Below are positions 24,398-32,000 of a stretch of DNA of 32,000 nucleotides, in pieces. The stretch is taken from the NCBI RefSeq assembly GCF_000020385.1, contig NC_010814.1:270001-302000 (forward strand), given 5' to 3'. Position 1 is the stretch's first letter. Every line of letters begins with the position of its first letter. Source of the DNA: Trichlorobacter lovleyi SZ (GTDB lineage Bacteria > Desulfobacterota > Desulfuromonadia > Geobacterales > Pseudopelobacteraceae). A model generated the notes under the pieces. It made no database searches. It was given only the letters and a program-made list of their open reading frames with translations, and was not told the DNA's origin. The position numbers and the translations under genes were made by a program.

Positions 24398-25662
24398 TTT
24401 CCGCCTCCCTTGGCAATTTTCTTGATGTCCAGATTGATTCCTTCGCTGATGACCAGTGTCACAGGCTTTGTGGCTCCGACTTCTATGACCGGCATGGTTT
24501 GCCTAGCCAGTTCCATGTAGAACTTCTGGATCTCTTTGAAGCCACTCGACAGGCCGGACCCAAGCCCAGACATGGCAATGTCTTTGGGGTCAACGGTTTG
24601 TGTTGTACCGAGAGGGCTTACGGACATGGTCGTGGCCGCAGACTTAATCGCGTCACCGGCACCGCCGAAGAAACCGGCCAACATGCTCCTGGCGATCATA
24701 GAGCCCATCTTGGCAACGACCCGGCCACGCAGGCCAATTTTGCCGTCTTCATCAACGACGAACCCTTTGATCTTCTGGTCGACCACCGCCTGCCCCTTAC
24801 GGTCGAGGCATGACAGGGAAACGAGCAGCAGTTCCGCACGCTCGGTTGCCAGGTTCCCCTTGCCGTCGGCGATAACAAAGCACCCTTTGAGGTTTGCCTT
24901 GACGCTATTGGGCAGTACCGCTGGAGTCTTTACCCTGAGCAGCACCGGAACCGGATTTCCTTTGGCTTCCGAAGTGGTTGGAGCGTCCAAGCCACTCAAC
25001 AGAGTCGCCTCCATAAAGGAAGGGGGCAGATAAACCTGGACGGTCCCGACGTCTTTTTTTTTATCATCCACATCAGCCTTGGCTGATTTACCTGATCCGG
25101 GAGACGAAACGATGGCGATATCGCCGATTTCCGTTTCGGTTGGAGACTGCAGCTGACCTGCTGCAATTCCTTGAGCTGTGGCAGGCGGAGGGGGAAGCGA
25201 GATGCTGCTGCCTTGCGGCATCGGTGGAATTGGAGGCAACGGTTGTTTTGATATTGCTGTCCTGCCAGAACCGGTTTTTTGCAATTGGCCCTGCTGCTGA
25301 GCATGATTGTCTCCCGGTACAGCGGGGGCTGTGCCGATCTGAGCCACCGGCGCTGTAGTCGGATCACCCTTTTTCTCACGGGTGATCTCATCGAGTTTCT
25401 TCGTGAGTTCGGCAACCTTGTCGTCACGCTTGGCAATTTCCTTCTGGCTTTCAAGGAATTGTGACTTTTCAAGGAGTTTTGGCTCGATGCTCAAGGGCGT
25501 CTGCTTCACACTTTTATTGAGAGCAGGATCTTTCCCTTTGTTCATGACGTAATAGCCAATCGTAAATACTGCCACCAGAATGCAGCCAGTCATAATCCAG
25601 ACAAGATTTCGGCGCTGACTGCCACTTAGCCCGTTCCAGAAAGACAGGAGCTTATTTTTCAT
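24394..25662 (-). CDS. traB: T4SS core protein TraB (VirB10-like)
   Basis: 422 aa: N-terminal TM helix, coiled-coil, Pro-rich linker (QPLPPIPPMPQGSSISLPPPP) and a C-terminal beta-rich domain. Position is between traK and traV. ATGA overlap with traV. Confidence 0.8.
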   Translation of the reverse strand: MKNKLLSFWNGLSGSQRRNLVWIMTGCILVAVFTIGYYVMNKGKDPALNKSVKQTPLSIEPKLLEKSQFLESQKEIAKRDDKVAELTKKLDEITREKKGDPTTAPVAQIGTAPAVPGDNHAQQQGQLQKTGSGRTAISKQPLPPIPPMPQGSSISLPPPPATAQGIAAGQLQSPTETEIGDIAIVSSPGSGKSAKADVDDKKKDVGTVQVYLPPSFMEATLLSGLDAPTTSEAKGNPVPVLLRVKTPAVLPNSVKANLKGCFVIADGKGNLATERAELLLVSLSCLDRKGQAVVDQKIKGFVVDEDGKIGLRGRVVAKMGSMIARSMLAGFFGGAGDAIKSAATTMSVSPLGTTQTVDPKDIAMSGLGSGLSSGFKEIQKFYMELARQTMPVIEVGATKPVTLVISEGINLDIKKIAKGGGK

Positions 25663-26602
25663 CGTCTGCCTCCTGTAAATCTGACTCGGTACGGTTTTCT
25701 GAGGACTCTTTTGGGTTGCCAGATTTGTTGACTGTCAGACTCTGCGTTGGTTGATCCATTACCGGCAGGTCACCGGTCAGTCTATGAACTCCCTGTTTCT
25801 CGGCACGTTGCTCCACCACAAAAACTCTGGAAGTGTCTCCTGCTCGCAGAACATGACGTTCAAGAGATACAGCTATGGGGTTCTCCACCAGTGCCGTACG
25901 CAGAAACATCTTCTCGTTCATCTTGAATTCGGGAGTTTCTCCCCGCAGTGATGCCTCGTACTCCTTGATCCTGAGACCTTCACCCTCGATATCTACAGTT
26001 CGTTTGAGAGTCAGAAGGATTTCACGGAACGTGAAGAAACGTTTTTCTTTCTTATTGATGCTGTAGGAGTCAGGAATGTTCTCGGTGTAAACTTCCCTGA
26101 TCGCCTTGAGCACTTTCTTCTCGAAGGGTAAACCGGCATAGAGAGACAGGTTCTCCTTGATCTTCTTCTCCTGGCCGGAAGTGAGGCGTATTGTTTGGGA
26201 TGGCACTCTTTGGGGAAATGCGACCATGCTGAAAACCTTGTCACCGCAGACGACGTAGAGCTCGGTCGGTGTCGATGAGTAGGAAAACTTATCTCCTTTC
26301 TTAATCACCTTGAACTTCACAAATGCATCCTTGCCGGTGATCTTGATCGTTACCCCCTTCTCGGTGGAGGTCAGGACTTCTCGAATGTCAGTTGGGCAGG
26401 AGATCCGATTTATGTCGGAACTCGACAGCCGAATACCAGTTGACGATTCGGGCAAGACAACGGTCGGAAACTCCCCTTCGACCGGCTTTTCAATAGTCTG
26501 GTCAATTGAAGCTTTCTGTTTCTGGAGACCACCTTGTTCCACTGCATGCGCCAATGTCGGCACCAGCAATGCGGTCAGTAAAGCAAACGTTTTACGCATC
26601 AC
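25652..26602 (-). CDS. traK: T4SS core/secretin-like protein TraK (VirB9-like)
   Basis: 316 aa with signal peptide ...TLAHA. Position is between traE and traB with overlapping junctions (ATGA with traE). Assigned mainly by synteny and size. Confidence 0.72.
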   Translation of the reverse strand: MMRKTFALLTALLVPTLAHAVEQGGLQKQKASIDQTIEKPVEGEFPTVVLPESSTGIRLSSSDINRISCPTDIREVLTSTEKGVTIKITGKDAFVKFKVIKKGDKFSYSSTPTELYVVCGDKVFSMVAFPQRVPSQTIRLTSGQEKKIKENLSLYAGLPFEKKVLKAIREVYTENIPDSYSINKKEKRFFTFREILLTLKRTVDIEGEGLRIKEYEASLRGETPEFKMNEKMFLRTALVENPIAVSLERHVLRAGDTSRVFVVEQRAEKQGVHRLTGDLPVMDQPTQSLTVNKSGNPKESSENRTESDLQEADDEK

Positions 26603-27222
26603 GCCCCCTTGTTCTCGCCTTGCGCTGGCTTCTCATAGAGACGCACCAAGACGAATTTTCCGTTTTCAAAGCGGTATTCGATGAGGTAGACCTTCAGAAC
26701 GTCCTCTGCCTTCTGATCCACCATGTAGGTCTTCTTGGTGCCGGTCACTACCAGTCGCCTTTTCTCGGCATCGTTGATGATTGAATGAATGTAAAAGGCG
26801 CTGGAGGCCTTGGTGTTTTCGATTTTGTCCGCCAGTTCATACAACTCTTTACGTGATGCCTGGAACTCGGCGGGGTCGTAGACGGCCAGCAGTTCGCTGA
26901 ACTGCGACCGGACGTTTACCGGGTTGTAGGTAAGCGCCAGACTCAGGATGTAGCGTGTGAATTCCTTGAGATATTCATCCGAGGCTTTGTCACCTGAAAC
27001 CGAGATCTTTGAATTGATGGTCGGCGGCACGAGAATCACCCGTTGACTGTTCAGGGCAGAGAACAAGCCCGCAGTGTTGATAACAACGGCGATACCGAGC
27101 GCTACGACCACGAATTTGAGCAGCCGGTTCTCGGCAAATATGTTGGAACTTTTTTGCAGAAATATGTCGAGGTTCACTTCGTTGCTCCCTTTGTAGTGGT
27201 CATTCCAGAAAATCTCTTTCAA
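26599..27222 (-). CDS. traE: T4SS inner-membrane protein TraE (VirB5/8-position F-type TraE)
   Basis: 207 aa with a single N-terminal TM helix (LLKFVVVALGIAVVINTAGLF) and a periplasmic domain. The architecture parallels F TraE: ...SDEYLKEFTRYILSLALTYNPVNV... versus F ...DASYLQQMALSFIALRLNVSSETV. Confidence 0.8.
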   Translation of the reverse strand: MKEIFWNDHYKGSNEVNLDIFLQKSSNIFAENRLLKFVVVALGIAVVINTAGLFSALNSQRVILVPPTINSKISVSGDKASDEYLKEFTRYILSLALTYNPVNVRSQFSELLAVYDPAEFQASRKELYELADKIENTKASSAFYIHSIINDAEKRRLVVTGTKKTYMVDQKAEDVLKVYLIEYRFENGKFVLVRLYEKPAQGENKGA

Positions 27223-27466
27223 AGAACTGCGGGTAACCCTTCATCGGTGCCAGACCAATGAAATAGAGTATGTGGCGCAGAAAACCACGTGGATACTGTC
27301 GTTTGAAGCGGCTGTAAGCCCATGGTACGATGATCATTGTCAGCCAGAGATATCCACCGAACTGTTGGGCGAAGATAAAACTGGCCGTCATGATTGCCAG
27401 GTCATCGGGCTCGAACCAGAGGACCTGGAACGGTTGCGTCAGATATTGGGGAAACTTGCGAGTCAA
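27200..27466 (-). CDS. traL: T4SS protein TraL (VirB3-like)
   Basis: 88 aa. The TTG start at 27466 follows GGAGA. FPQYLTQPFQVLWFEPDDLAIM... parallels F TraL [21 protein letters not shown]. One or two TM helices. Position is pilin-traL-traE. Confidence 0.75.
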   Translation of the reverse strand: MTRKFPQYLTQPFQVLWFEPDDLAIMTASFIFAQQFGGYLWLTMIIVPWAYSRFKRQYPRGFLRHILYFIGLAPMKGYPQFFERDFLE

Positions 27467-27525
27467 GTATGTCTCCGATCATGGCTACAAGATGGTGAGG
27501 GGGGCTTTCGCCCCCCCGGTTGTGG

Positions 27526-27825
27526 CTAGATGATCATCCCAAGCGAGGTGACGATCTTGTCCGAGTTGATGACGAGCACTCCTCCCAGGATGCAGAGGAC
27601 TGCCGGAACCAGCTTTTGCTGGATCATGACGACGACGCCGGCAATGATGGCAAGAACCCCGGCAATAGCGCCGAAAGGTCCCTTGAGGATGTCGGTGATG
27701 AAGAAGTCGTAGGCCTCGAAGCCGAATGAACCGGCTACGGGGGCAACGAGGGCCATGGCCTGGGATGCCGCCAGCGTTACGATCATCGCAACGAGGGACA
27801 TCAGAAGCATTTTCCGCTTGTGCAT
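27526..27825 (-). CDS. traA: Conjugative pilin precursor (TraA position; VirB2/TrbC-like fold)
   Basis: 99 aa with AAGGAGA upstream. Signal peptide MHKRKMLLMSLVAMIVTLAASQAMA, then ILKGPFGAIAGVLAIIAGVVVMI-QQKLVP-AVLCILGGVLVI. That is two hydrophobic helices with a short polar loop, the standard T4SS pilin layout. It is the first gene before traL. Confidence 0.8.
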   Translation of the reverse strand: MHKRKMLLMSLVAMIVTLAASQAMALVAPVAGSFGFEAYDFFITDILKGPFGAIAGVLAIIAGVVVMIQQKLVPAVLCILGGVLVINSDKIVTSLGMII

Positions 27826-27879
27826 GCATTTCTCCTTTGAGCTGTTGGTGTGATGGTCAGACGATGTTGCAAAATAGAT

Positions 27880-28632
27880 TCAGTGTGTTTGCGGCTTGCT
27901 CACCTCCTTTCCCTTGTCCAGCAATCCGGTTATCCGTTGGATGTCTGCACCATTCACGTGAGCACCTTCGATCCAGAGTGCCGGTGTTCCTCGTACGCCA
28001 AGCCCAGCCGCAATCTTCTCCATCTCCTCCAGTTGCTGTTGCTGTGCGCCATCGACTATGGAGATAGGTTTCCCGTCCAGCACTCCCTCGAATACCTCAT
28101 GGAATGCCTTGTCCCTGTCAGATTGCGACAGAATGTAGCGGGCCTTTTTCTCTGCGTCGGGATGTATCCTGCGTAGCGGGACGAAATAGACGTAACGGGT
28201 CACGTCAGTTCGCTTCGAGAGGAAGTTGTCAACTTTGCGGCAATAGGGGCAGTCAGGGTCGGTGAACTCGATGACCTTTTTCGGGCCGTTGCCTATTTTC
28301 AGGGCTTTATCAAGGGGGAGACTGTTGATTCGTTCTGCAACAACCTTCTCCCGCATCTCGGCTGTCAGGTTTTTGCCGTCTTTGGTCCAGATTTCACCAA
28401 AAAATAGGTATCCCTCGGGGCTGAAGTAAAATACCTGTTCGCCTGCGGTGATCTCATATAGGCCCTTGAGCGGCGATTCCCTGAAGCCATCCAATTTCAT
28501 ATTTGGAAAGGTCTTCATCAGGGTCTCTTTCTCCGTTCTCAGATTGTCGTTAGCCATAGAGAAACCCGCCGCAGTCACGATGAACATCATCAGCCCGCCG
28601 ACCATAAGTTTCTTGTTATTTGCGGTCTTCAC
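27880..28632 (-). CDS. dsbC: Periplasmic thiol:disulfide interchange protein DsbC
   Basis: The track ORF extends to 28704. The GTG at 28632 follows AAGGAGGAG and overlaps the upstream stop (GTGA). It has a signal peptide, a DsbC-like dimerisation region (PLKGLYEITAGEQVFYFSPEGYLFFGEIW), the thioredoxin active site FTDPDCPYCRK, and the cis-Pro region GVRGTPALWIEG. Confidence 0.9.
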   Translation of the reverse strand: MKTANNKKLMVGGLMMFIVTAAGFSMANDNLRTEKETLMKTFPNMKLDGFRESPLKGLYEITAGEQVFYFSPEGYLFFGEIWTKDGKNLTAEMREKVVAERINSLPLDKALKIGNGPKKVIEFTDPDCPYCRKVDNFLSKRTDVTRYVYFVPLRRIHPDAEKKARYILSQSDRDKAFHEVFEGVLDGKPISIVDGAQQQQLEEMEKIAAGLGVRGTPALWIEGAHVNGADIQRITGLLDKGKEVSKPQTH

Positions 28633-29234
28633 ATCTCCTCCTTTCGTATTCCGATGATTTCTACTCTTCTGTTTTGTTGTTTGTCCTGCGAGGCAGGGCA
28701 GCATTTGCCTTTGCCTTCGATAGTGCCGATGTGCACCCCCTTGGCCTTCAGAACCGTCGCAACCGCCTCTGCTCTACTGAAGGACAGTTTTTTGTTGTAA
28801 TCATCCGTACCGATTGTGCAGGTGTACCCGGTTACATCGACGGCATTACCTGCGGGAATATCCCTTGATATCTTTTCCAGATTGCCTTGCTCAAATTGGG
28901 AAAGCCTGGAACTGTTCAGCTGAAAGTGAACTGTCCCGAGTAGCCCTTTGATTTCAGGCAGCTCATTTCTGGGTGTAACAGTGACAACGTCTGGTTGCGT
29001 AGCGGGTGGTTGTATTGTCATCGGGTCGCTCATTCTCACCGCAAGCTTGGCAATGGCAGGGAGGATGGTCAGCTTGTTGTCCGGGCAATCGGAACAGACA
29101 ACAAAAGTGTCCCCACTCTGGGCTGATGCGGCATCAAAGGAATACGCGAATGGTCGTTGGCGTATCTCCGAAGCGAAACTTGACAGTGGAATGAGAAAAA
29201 CGAGTGACGCAGTGGTCATGAACTTTGCCAGCAT
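28629..29234 (-). CDS. OmpA-family peptidoglycan-binding protein, first gene of the tra operon
   Basis: GGAGG lies upstream of the ATG at 29234. It has a signal peptide (LVFLIPLSSFA-SE). C-terminal OmpA_C motif: VDVTGYTCTIGTDDYNKKLSFSRAEAVATVLKAKGV...NRRVEI. Confidence 0.85.
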   Translation of the reverse strand: MLAKFMTTASLVFLIPLSSFASEIRQRPFAYSFDAASAQSGDTFVVCSDCPDNKLTILPAIAKLAVRMSDPMTIQPPATQPDVVTVTPRNELPEIKGLLGTVHFQLNSSRLSQFEQGNLEKISRDIPAGNAVDVTGYTCTIGTDDYNKKLSFSRAEAVATVLKAKGVHIGTIEGKGKCCPASQDKQQNRRVEIIGIRKEEM

Positions 29235-29469
29235 GAGTCCTCCGGAAATTTAATCTTCATATTGATTATCTTCTGGGGGGGAAGGTGCGAGGGTGGTCTT
29301 TGCGAATTCCTCTTTGACGAGGTAGGAAAATTCTTAAGTTAGGCCACGCACTGGCGGCCACGGCCATACACTTGCCGTTACCAGTTGTGGCGGGAAAGCG
29401 AGTAGCGTGAATTGCTCAAATATGAGGAGTGGTGAAAATGATTGGGTTGCAGAGGAAGGGGGTATGTAT

Positions 29470-29505
29470 AAAAAAAACCGCAAACTCCATAAAGAAGTTC
29501 GCGGC
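29470..29505 (-). terminator. Rho-independent terminator after hipA
   Basis: On the minus strand, 9 nt after the hipA stop: CCGCGAAC-UUCUUUAUGGA-GUUUGCGG (8-bp stem with one G-U pair) followed by UUUUUUUU (plus-strand A-run ~29470..29478). Confidence 0.7.
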
Positions 29506-29513
29506 TTTCAGGC

Positions 29514-30806
29514 TCATCCTCGCTCGTGCCGTCTGGCGAGGTCTTTCATGGGGCCTGGTTCCAACCCCTCGAAAACGTATGGATTCAATATCTGATTCCC
29601 CCACAGCAGATTTCGATCAACTTCGCTCAACGATGCATCGTCACAGACATTCGCCCAATTCTGCTCGATGCACTGGATCTGTTTAGCGATAATGTTGACG
29701 GCCTCATCTTCGGTGAGAAGAAATTGCGGAGCGGCAGCAATGCAGGTGGTGATCCGACTTGAACGGTCGTCTCCCATGACCAGCATTGCTTGAGTGGCGA
29801 TCTGCCCATGGCGAGCCTGTGGGCAGATATCGTATGCCGGGGTTAACGTCAGCATCTGTCCGTCCCAGAAAGCTGCATGATTGCGGGCGTGGTCGTCAGT
29901 ATTGCCAACCAGAATATTGAACACGATGCGGGAAAACAGTTCGCGCAATGTTCCGGGAGCATTTCTGAATTTACTCCGGATAATTTCGGCCAATGTTTCA
30001 TAGCTTGCGTAACGGGCCATCATCTCATCCAGAGTCAACATCGTCAGAGCCGAAACAAGGCTATTGCGCTGCCACCCATTGGCCGTTGCCTTCCGATCAA
30101 AACGATCGACAAGCAGCACATCCTTGCCGGCGGCACGTTCCAGAGAGACCGGCGCCACATCAATGCCAGCCATGGCAGCTAGTCTCATTGCGACATACTC
30201 TGCTTTGACGACGGAGTATAGGTCGGTGGAAGTGGAAAATTTCGCTATGAATTTCCGGGAATCACTTTCAATGAGGGCCTTGGGTCGTGCTCCACCGATA
30301 GAGGTTCCATGCTGAAGGGCCTGTGCAAGCTCAGGGGTTAGCGGAATACCCTTCTCGACACGCTCGGTCGCCTCAATCAGTTCTTCAATGGGGGCTCCAG
30401 AGGCATATCGCGGCTCGTACTGCGTAGGCGATAACTGGAAATCAAGGGCGCCTATCCTGTCGGACCCGGACTCAATAAGGTAACTGAGTTCGTCGAGTGC
30501 TGCCGGGTCGATTCCAGACGCTTTATTTCCGAACTTCTTGTTGAGAATTACCCTGCGTCCCCAGGCATCAGGAGCAGCGTCCCGTAAACACCCCGGGATG
30601 GAAAGCCCAGAAAGGAGAGGGAGTAGCCCCTGACGCAGGGGAAGTTCAGCGTCGTAAATCGAAATAGCATTGTCGCGCTGCAGGTAGCTTTTACCGTAGT
30701 TGAAGACATATGTCGTCCCTACGGTCGTAAGCATTCCGGCCACTACCGGATCTGTCTCTCCAGGGAGCCAGATCCAGACATATAATTCTTTGTACTCAGA
30801 ATTCAT
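29514..30806 (-). CDS. hipA: HipA-family serine/threonine kinase toxin
   Basis: 430 aa. The N-terminal HipA coupling domain (LYVWIWLPGETDPVVAGML...) is followed by SIGGARPKALI (P-loop-like) and the catalytic loop LVGNTDDHARNHAAF. Its 5' end overlaps hipB by 11 nt. Confidence 0.93.
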   Translation of the reverse strand: MNSEYKELYVWIWLPGETDPVVAGMLTTVGTTYVFNYGKSYLQRDNAISIYDAELPLRQGLLPLLSGLSIPGCLRDAAPDAWGRRVILNKKFGNKASGIDPAALDELSYLIESGSDRIGALDFQLSPTQYEPRYASGAPIEELIEATERVEKGIPLTPELAQALQHGTSIGGARPKALIESDSRKFIAKFSTSTDLYSVVKAEYVAMRLAAMAGIDVAPVSLERAAGKDVLLVDRFDRKATANGWQRNSLVSALTMLTLDEMMARYASYETLAEIIRSKFRNAPGTLRELFSRIVFNILVGNTDDHARNHAAFWDGQMLTLTPAYDICPQARHGQIATQAMLVMGDDRSSRITTCIAAAPQFLLTEDEAVNIIAKQIQCIEQNWANVCDDASLSEVDRNLLWGNQILNPYVFEGLEPGPMKDLARRHERG

Positions 30807-31134
30807 CGTTTACCTTCATAGAGCTGCGAACCAGCTGGGGCAGAAGAGCCAGCTTATCGTCAACCCGGCTTATATTTCTGGAGATATTCGCGTTCCCTTC
30901 ATCCCCAAATAGGTTTACCCCAACCAGGTTGGCTACCTCAAACACCAGGCCGATCTCACACTTCGGATCGCCACGCTCGATCTTCTGCAAAGTCCTTCTG
31001 GAAATCCCTGCCCGACCAGACAGGTCTTCCTCAGTCATCTTGCGCTCTTTCCTGCCAAGCCGGATGAGTTTGCCCAACAGCTCTGCAGCATCCCGGGTCT
31101 GGCGGAGATATGTACGGTTGACTGGAGACGCCAT
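30796..31134 (-). CDS. hipB: HipB-like XRE-family antitoxin/repressor
   Basis: 112 aa. HTH: MTEEDLSGRAGISRRTLQKIERGD. It lies immediately upstream of hipA and overlaps it. Confidence 0.85.
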   Translation of the reverse strand: MASPVNRTYLRQTRDAAELLGKLIRLGRKERKMTEEDLSGRAGISRRTLQKIERGDPKCEIGLVFEVANLVGVNLFGDEGNANISRNISRVDDKLALLPQLVRSSMKVNDEF

Positions 31135-31276
31135 AGATCACCTATTGAGCATTAACGTAGTCATGTGATAGCTTCGTGATTACGATAATAGTCAAAACAT
31201 ATAAAGGCGTCAATAGAATTTACTGTTTAGCTGATGACCTGTCATGACTTAATGTCAATCCAAATGAAGCCAAATA

Positions 31277-31594
31277 TCATTCCAGTATTTTACCAAGTAC
31301 CGAGGAACAATAGTCATCCGTAACTTCACCTGATGGGATGATACGCCTTTCTACTATCGCTGCCGGTTTTGGTAGCAATTCTCTTGGCTGCTCCATGGCT
31401 ATTTGGGTTTTTGTGCGTGTTGGCGGAGTTTCGCGAGACATGAGATCCATGACCTGCATCCCTTGCTCTGATGCAAGAAAGTATTTGAGTGCTTCGTGAG
31501 TGTATGCCGACTGCTTCCGACTTTTACGGAGGCGTGCGAAGGCATTGACAATGTCGGGATCATAGGTTTTGATTTTGAGCGTGAACTGAGCCAT
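31277..31594 (-). CDS. Possible ParR-like centromere-binding adaptor
   Basis: 105 aa, 9 nt downstream of the parM-like gene. The N-terminus MAQFTLKIKTYDPDIVNAFARLRK could be a ribbon-helix-helix strand plus helix. Assigned by position only. Confidence 0.4.
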   Translation of the reverse strand: MAQFTLKIKTYDPDIVNAFARLRKSRKQSAYTHEALKYFLASEQGMQVMDLMSRETPPTRTKTQIAMEQPRELLPKPAAIVERRIIPSGEVTDDYCSSVLGKILE

Positions 31595-31603
31595 GACTCA
31601 CGC

Positions 31604-32000
31604 TCACATTCCGCCAGCAAGTGAGCGGAATCCGCGGGCATTCGCAAATTCCGGAACCGGCAGGACGATTACCTCAATATTCTTTGCCGGAAAGCCATCC
31701 TTGAGCAGTGCGGCTCCGCCACCAAACAGCAATACCCGGTCGAAGTCGGCATGCATTCCAACGTGCGCCTGCAGCTCTCCCTGGACATCCTTTATGATGT
31801 GCTCGATGTAGGCAACGCCGGCATCGCTGATTTCTCTTCTGACATCGTGTCGCTCGAATCCGTATTGCAGATAACCCTTCTCGATCAGGAAAGCTATTTC
31901 GACCGGGGTAAAAGTGCCGGAAGGTGCCAGGTCCTTGATGCGTGGCAGCAGATAGCTGGTTGCCATTTGGTGAACACCCCGTTTGTTGAGGGTCTTGCCG
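31604..32000 (-). CDS. parM: ParM/StbA-like actin-fold plasmid segregation ATPase (C-terminal part; 5' end beyond right edge)
   Basis: The reading frame stays open upstream of the track Met to position 32000 (..GKTLNKRGVHQMATSYLLP..). The C-terminal block FDRVLLFGGGAALLKDGF...VLPVPEFANARGF is typical of ParM-like actin ATPases (GGG adenosine motif, xFANAxG). Confidence 0.72.
   Translation of the reverse strand, partial: GKTLNKRGVHQMATSYLLPRIKDLAPSGTFTPVEIAFLIEKGYLQYGFERHDVRREISDAGVAYIEHIIKDVQGELQAHVGMHADFDRVLLFGGGAALLKDGFPAKNIEVIVLPVPEFANARGFRSLAGGM

Noticed and set aside
25054-25062. T9 homopolymer (A9 on the coding strand) inside traB, a possible slipped-strand phase-variation site
   Set aside because: It encodes an in-frame KKK within a charged linker (DVDDKKKDVG). 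Nine nucleotides is short, and one sequence cannot show length variation. It would need population sequencing.
27485-27829. 114-aa ORF (MHAQAENASD...) overlapping the pilin gene in another frame
   Set aside because: It starts 4 nt upstream of the pilin ATG but encodes an Arg/His/Pro-rich peptide. The pilin frame gives a textbook signal peptide plus two-helix pilin.
29275-29281. G7 (C7 on the minus strand) tract ~40 nt upstream of the first tra gene, next to a GATAAT -10-like hexamer
   Set aside because: There is no acceptable -35 element at 16-19 nt spacing and the tract is short. I could not define the tra promoter with confidence anywhere in 29235..29469.
1-32000. Search for CRISPR arrays, tRNA/rRNA genes, IS elements, integrase/att repeats and oriT-like nick regions
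   Set aside because: I found no regularly spaced direct repeats, no cloverleaf-like or rRNA-like stretches in the few intergenic gaps, no transposase or integrase motifs in any frame I read, and no relaxase gene to anchor an oriT call. Long-range repeat detection by eye is unreliable and should be redone computationally.

Overview
Almost all of the window is minus-strand coding and looks like part of a conjugative plasmid or ICE. All calls come from reading motifs in the translations and the DNA. No database search or computation was possible.

(1) ~7.2-29.2 kb is one long, translationally coupled F-type (MPF-F) type IV secretion / pilus operon. It has an IncH/SXT-like flavour because it carries DsbC and a TraF/TrhF-type S26 peptidase. 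Gene order is: OmpA-like, DsbC, pilin, TraL, TraE, TraK, TraB, TraV, TraC, a 667-aa Cys-rich secreted protein, a giant ~1124-aa TraN, TraW, a lipoprotein, TraU, TrbC, TrbI-like, S26 peptidase, two unknown membrane proteins, TraG (1205 aa) and a small trailing ORF. TraH, F-type TraF, the coupling protein and the relaxase are not in the window.

(2) 29.5-32 kb holds a hipBA toxin-antitoxin pair and a parM/parR-like partition pair. parM runs off the right edge.

(3) ~0.8-6.5 kb is a visibly AT-richer three-gene cargo operon with overlapping stop/start codons. It encodes a C5 DNA methyltransferase, then a ~994-aa protein with two GHKL modules, then a ~534-aa receiver-like protein. The 994-aa protein has an N-terminal MORC/Hsp90-like ATPase, a long coiled coil and a C-terminal histidine-kinase DHp+CA core with an H-box. 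The 534-aa protein has a receiver (REC)-like N-terminal domain that keeps the DD/D/T/K positions, plus a ~340-aa C-terminal region I cannot assign. This methyltransferase-linked, phosphorelay-like module is my best candidate for an undescribed defence/conflict system.

A truncated XRE-type regulator lies at the left edge. I saw no rRNA, tRNA, CRISPR array, transposase or integrase.
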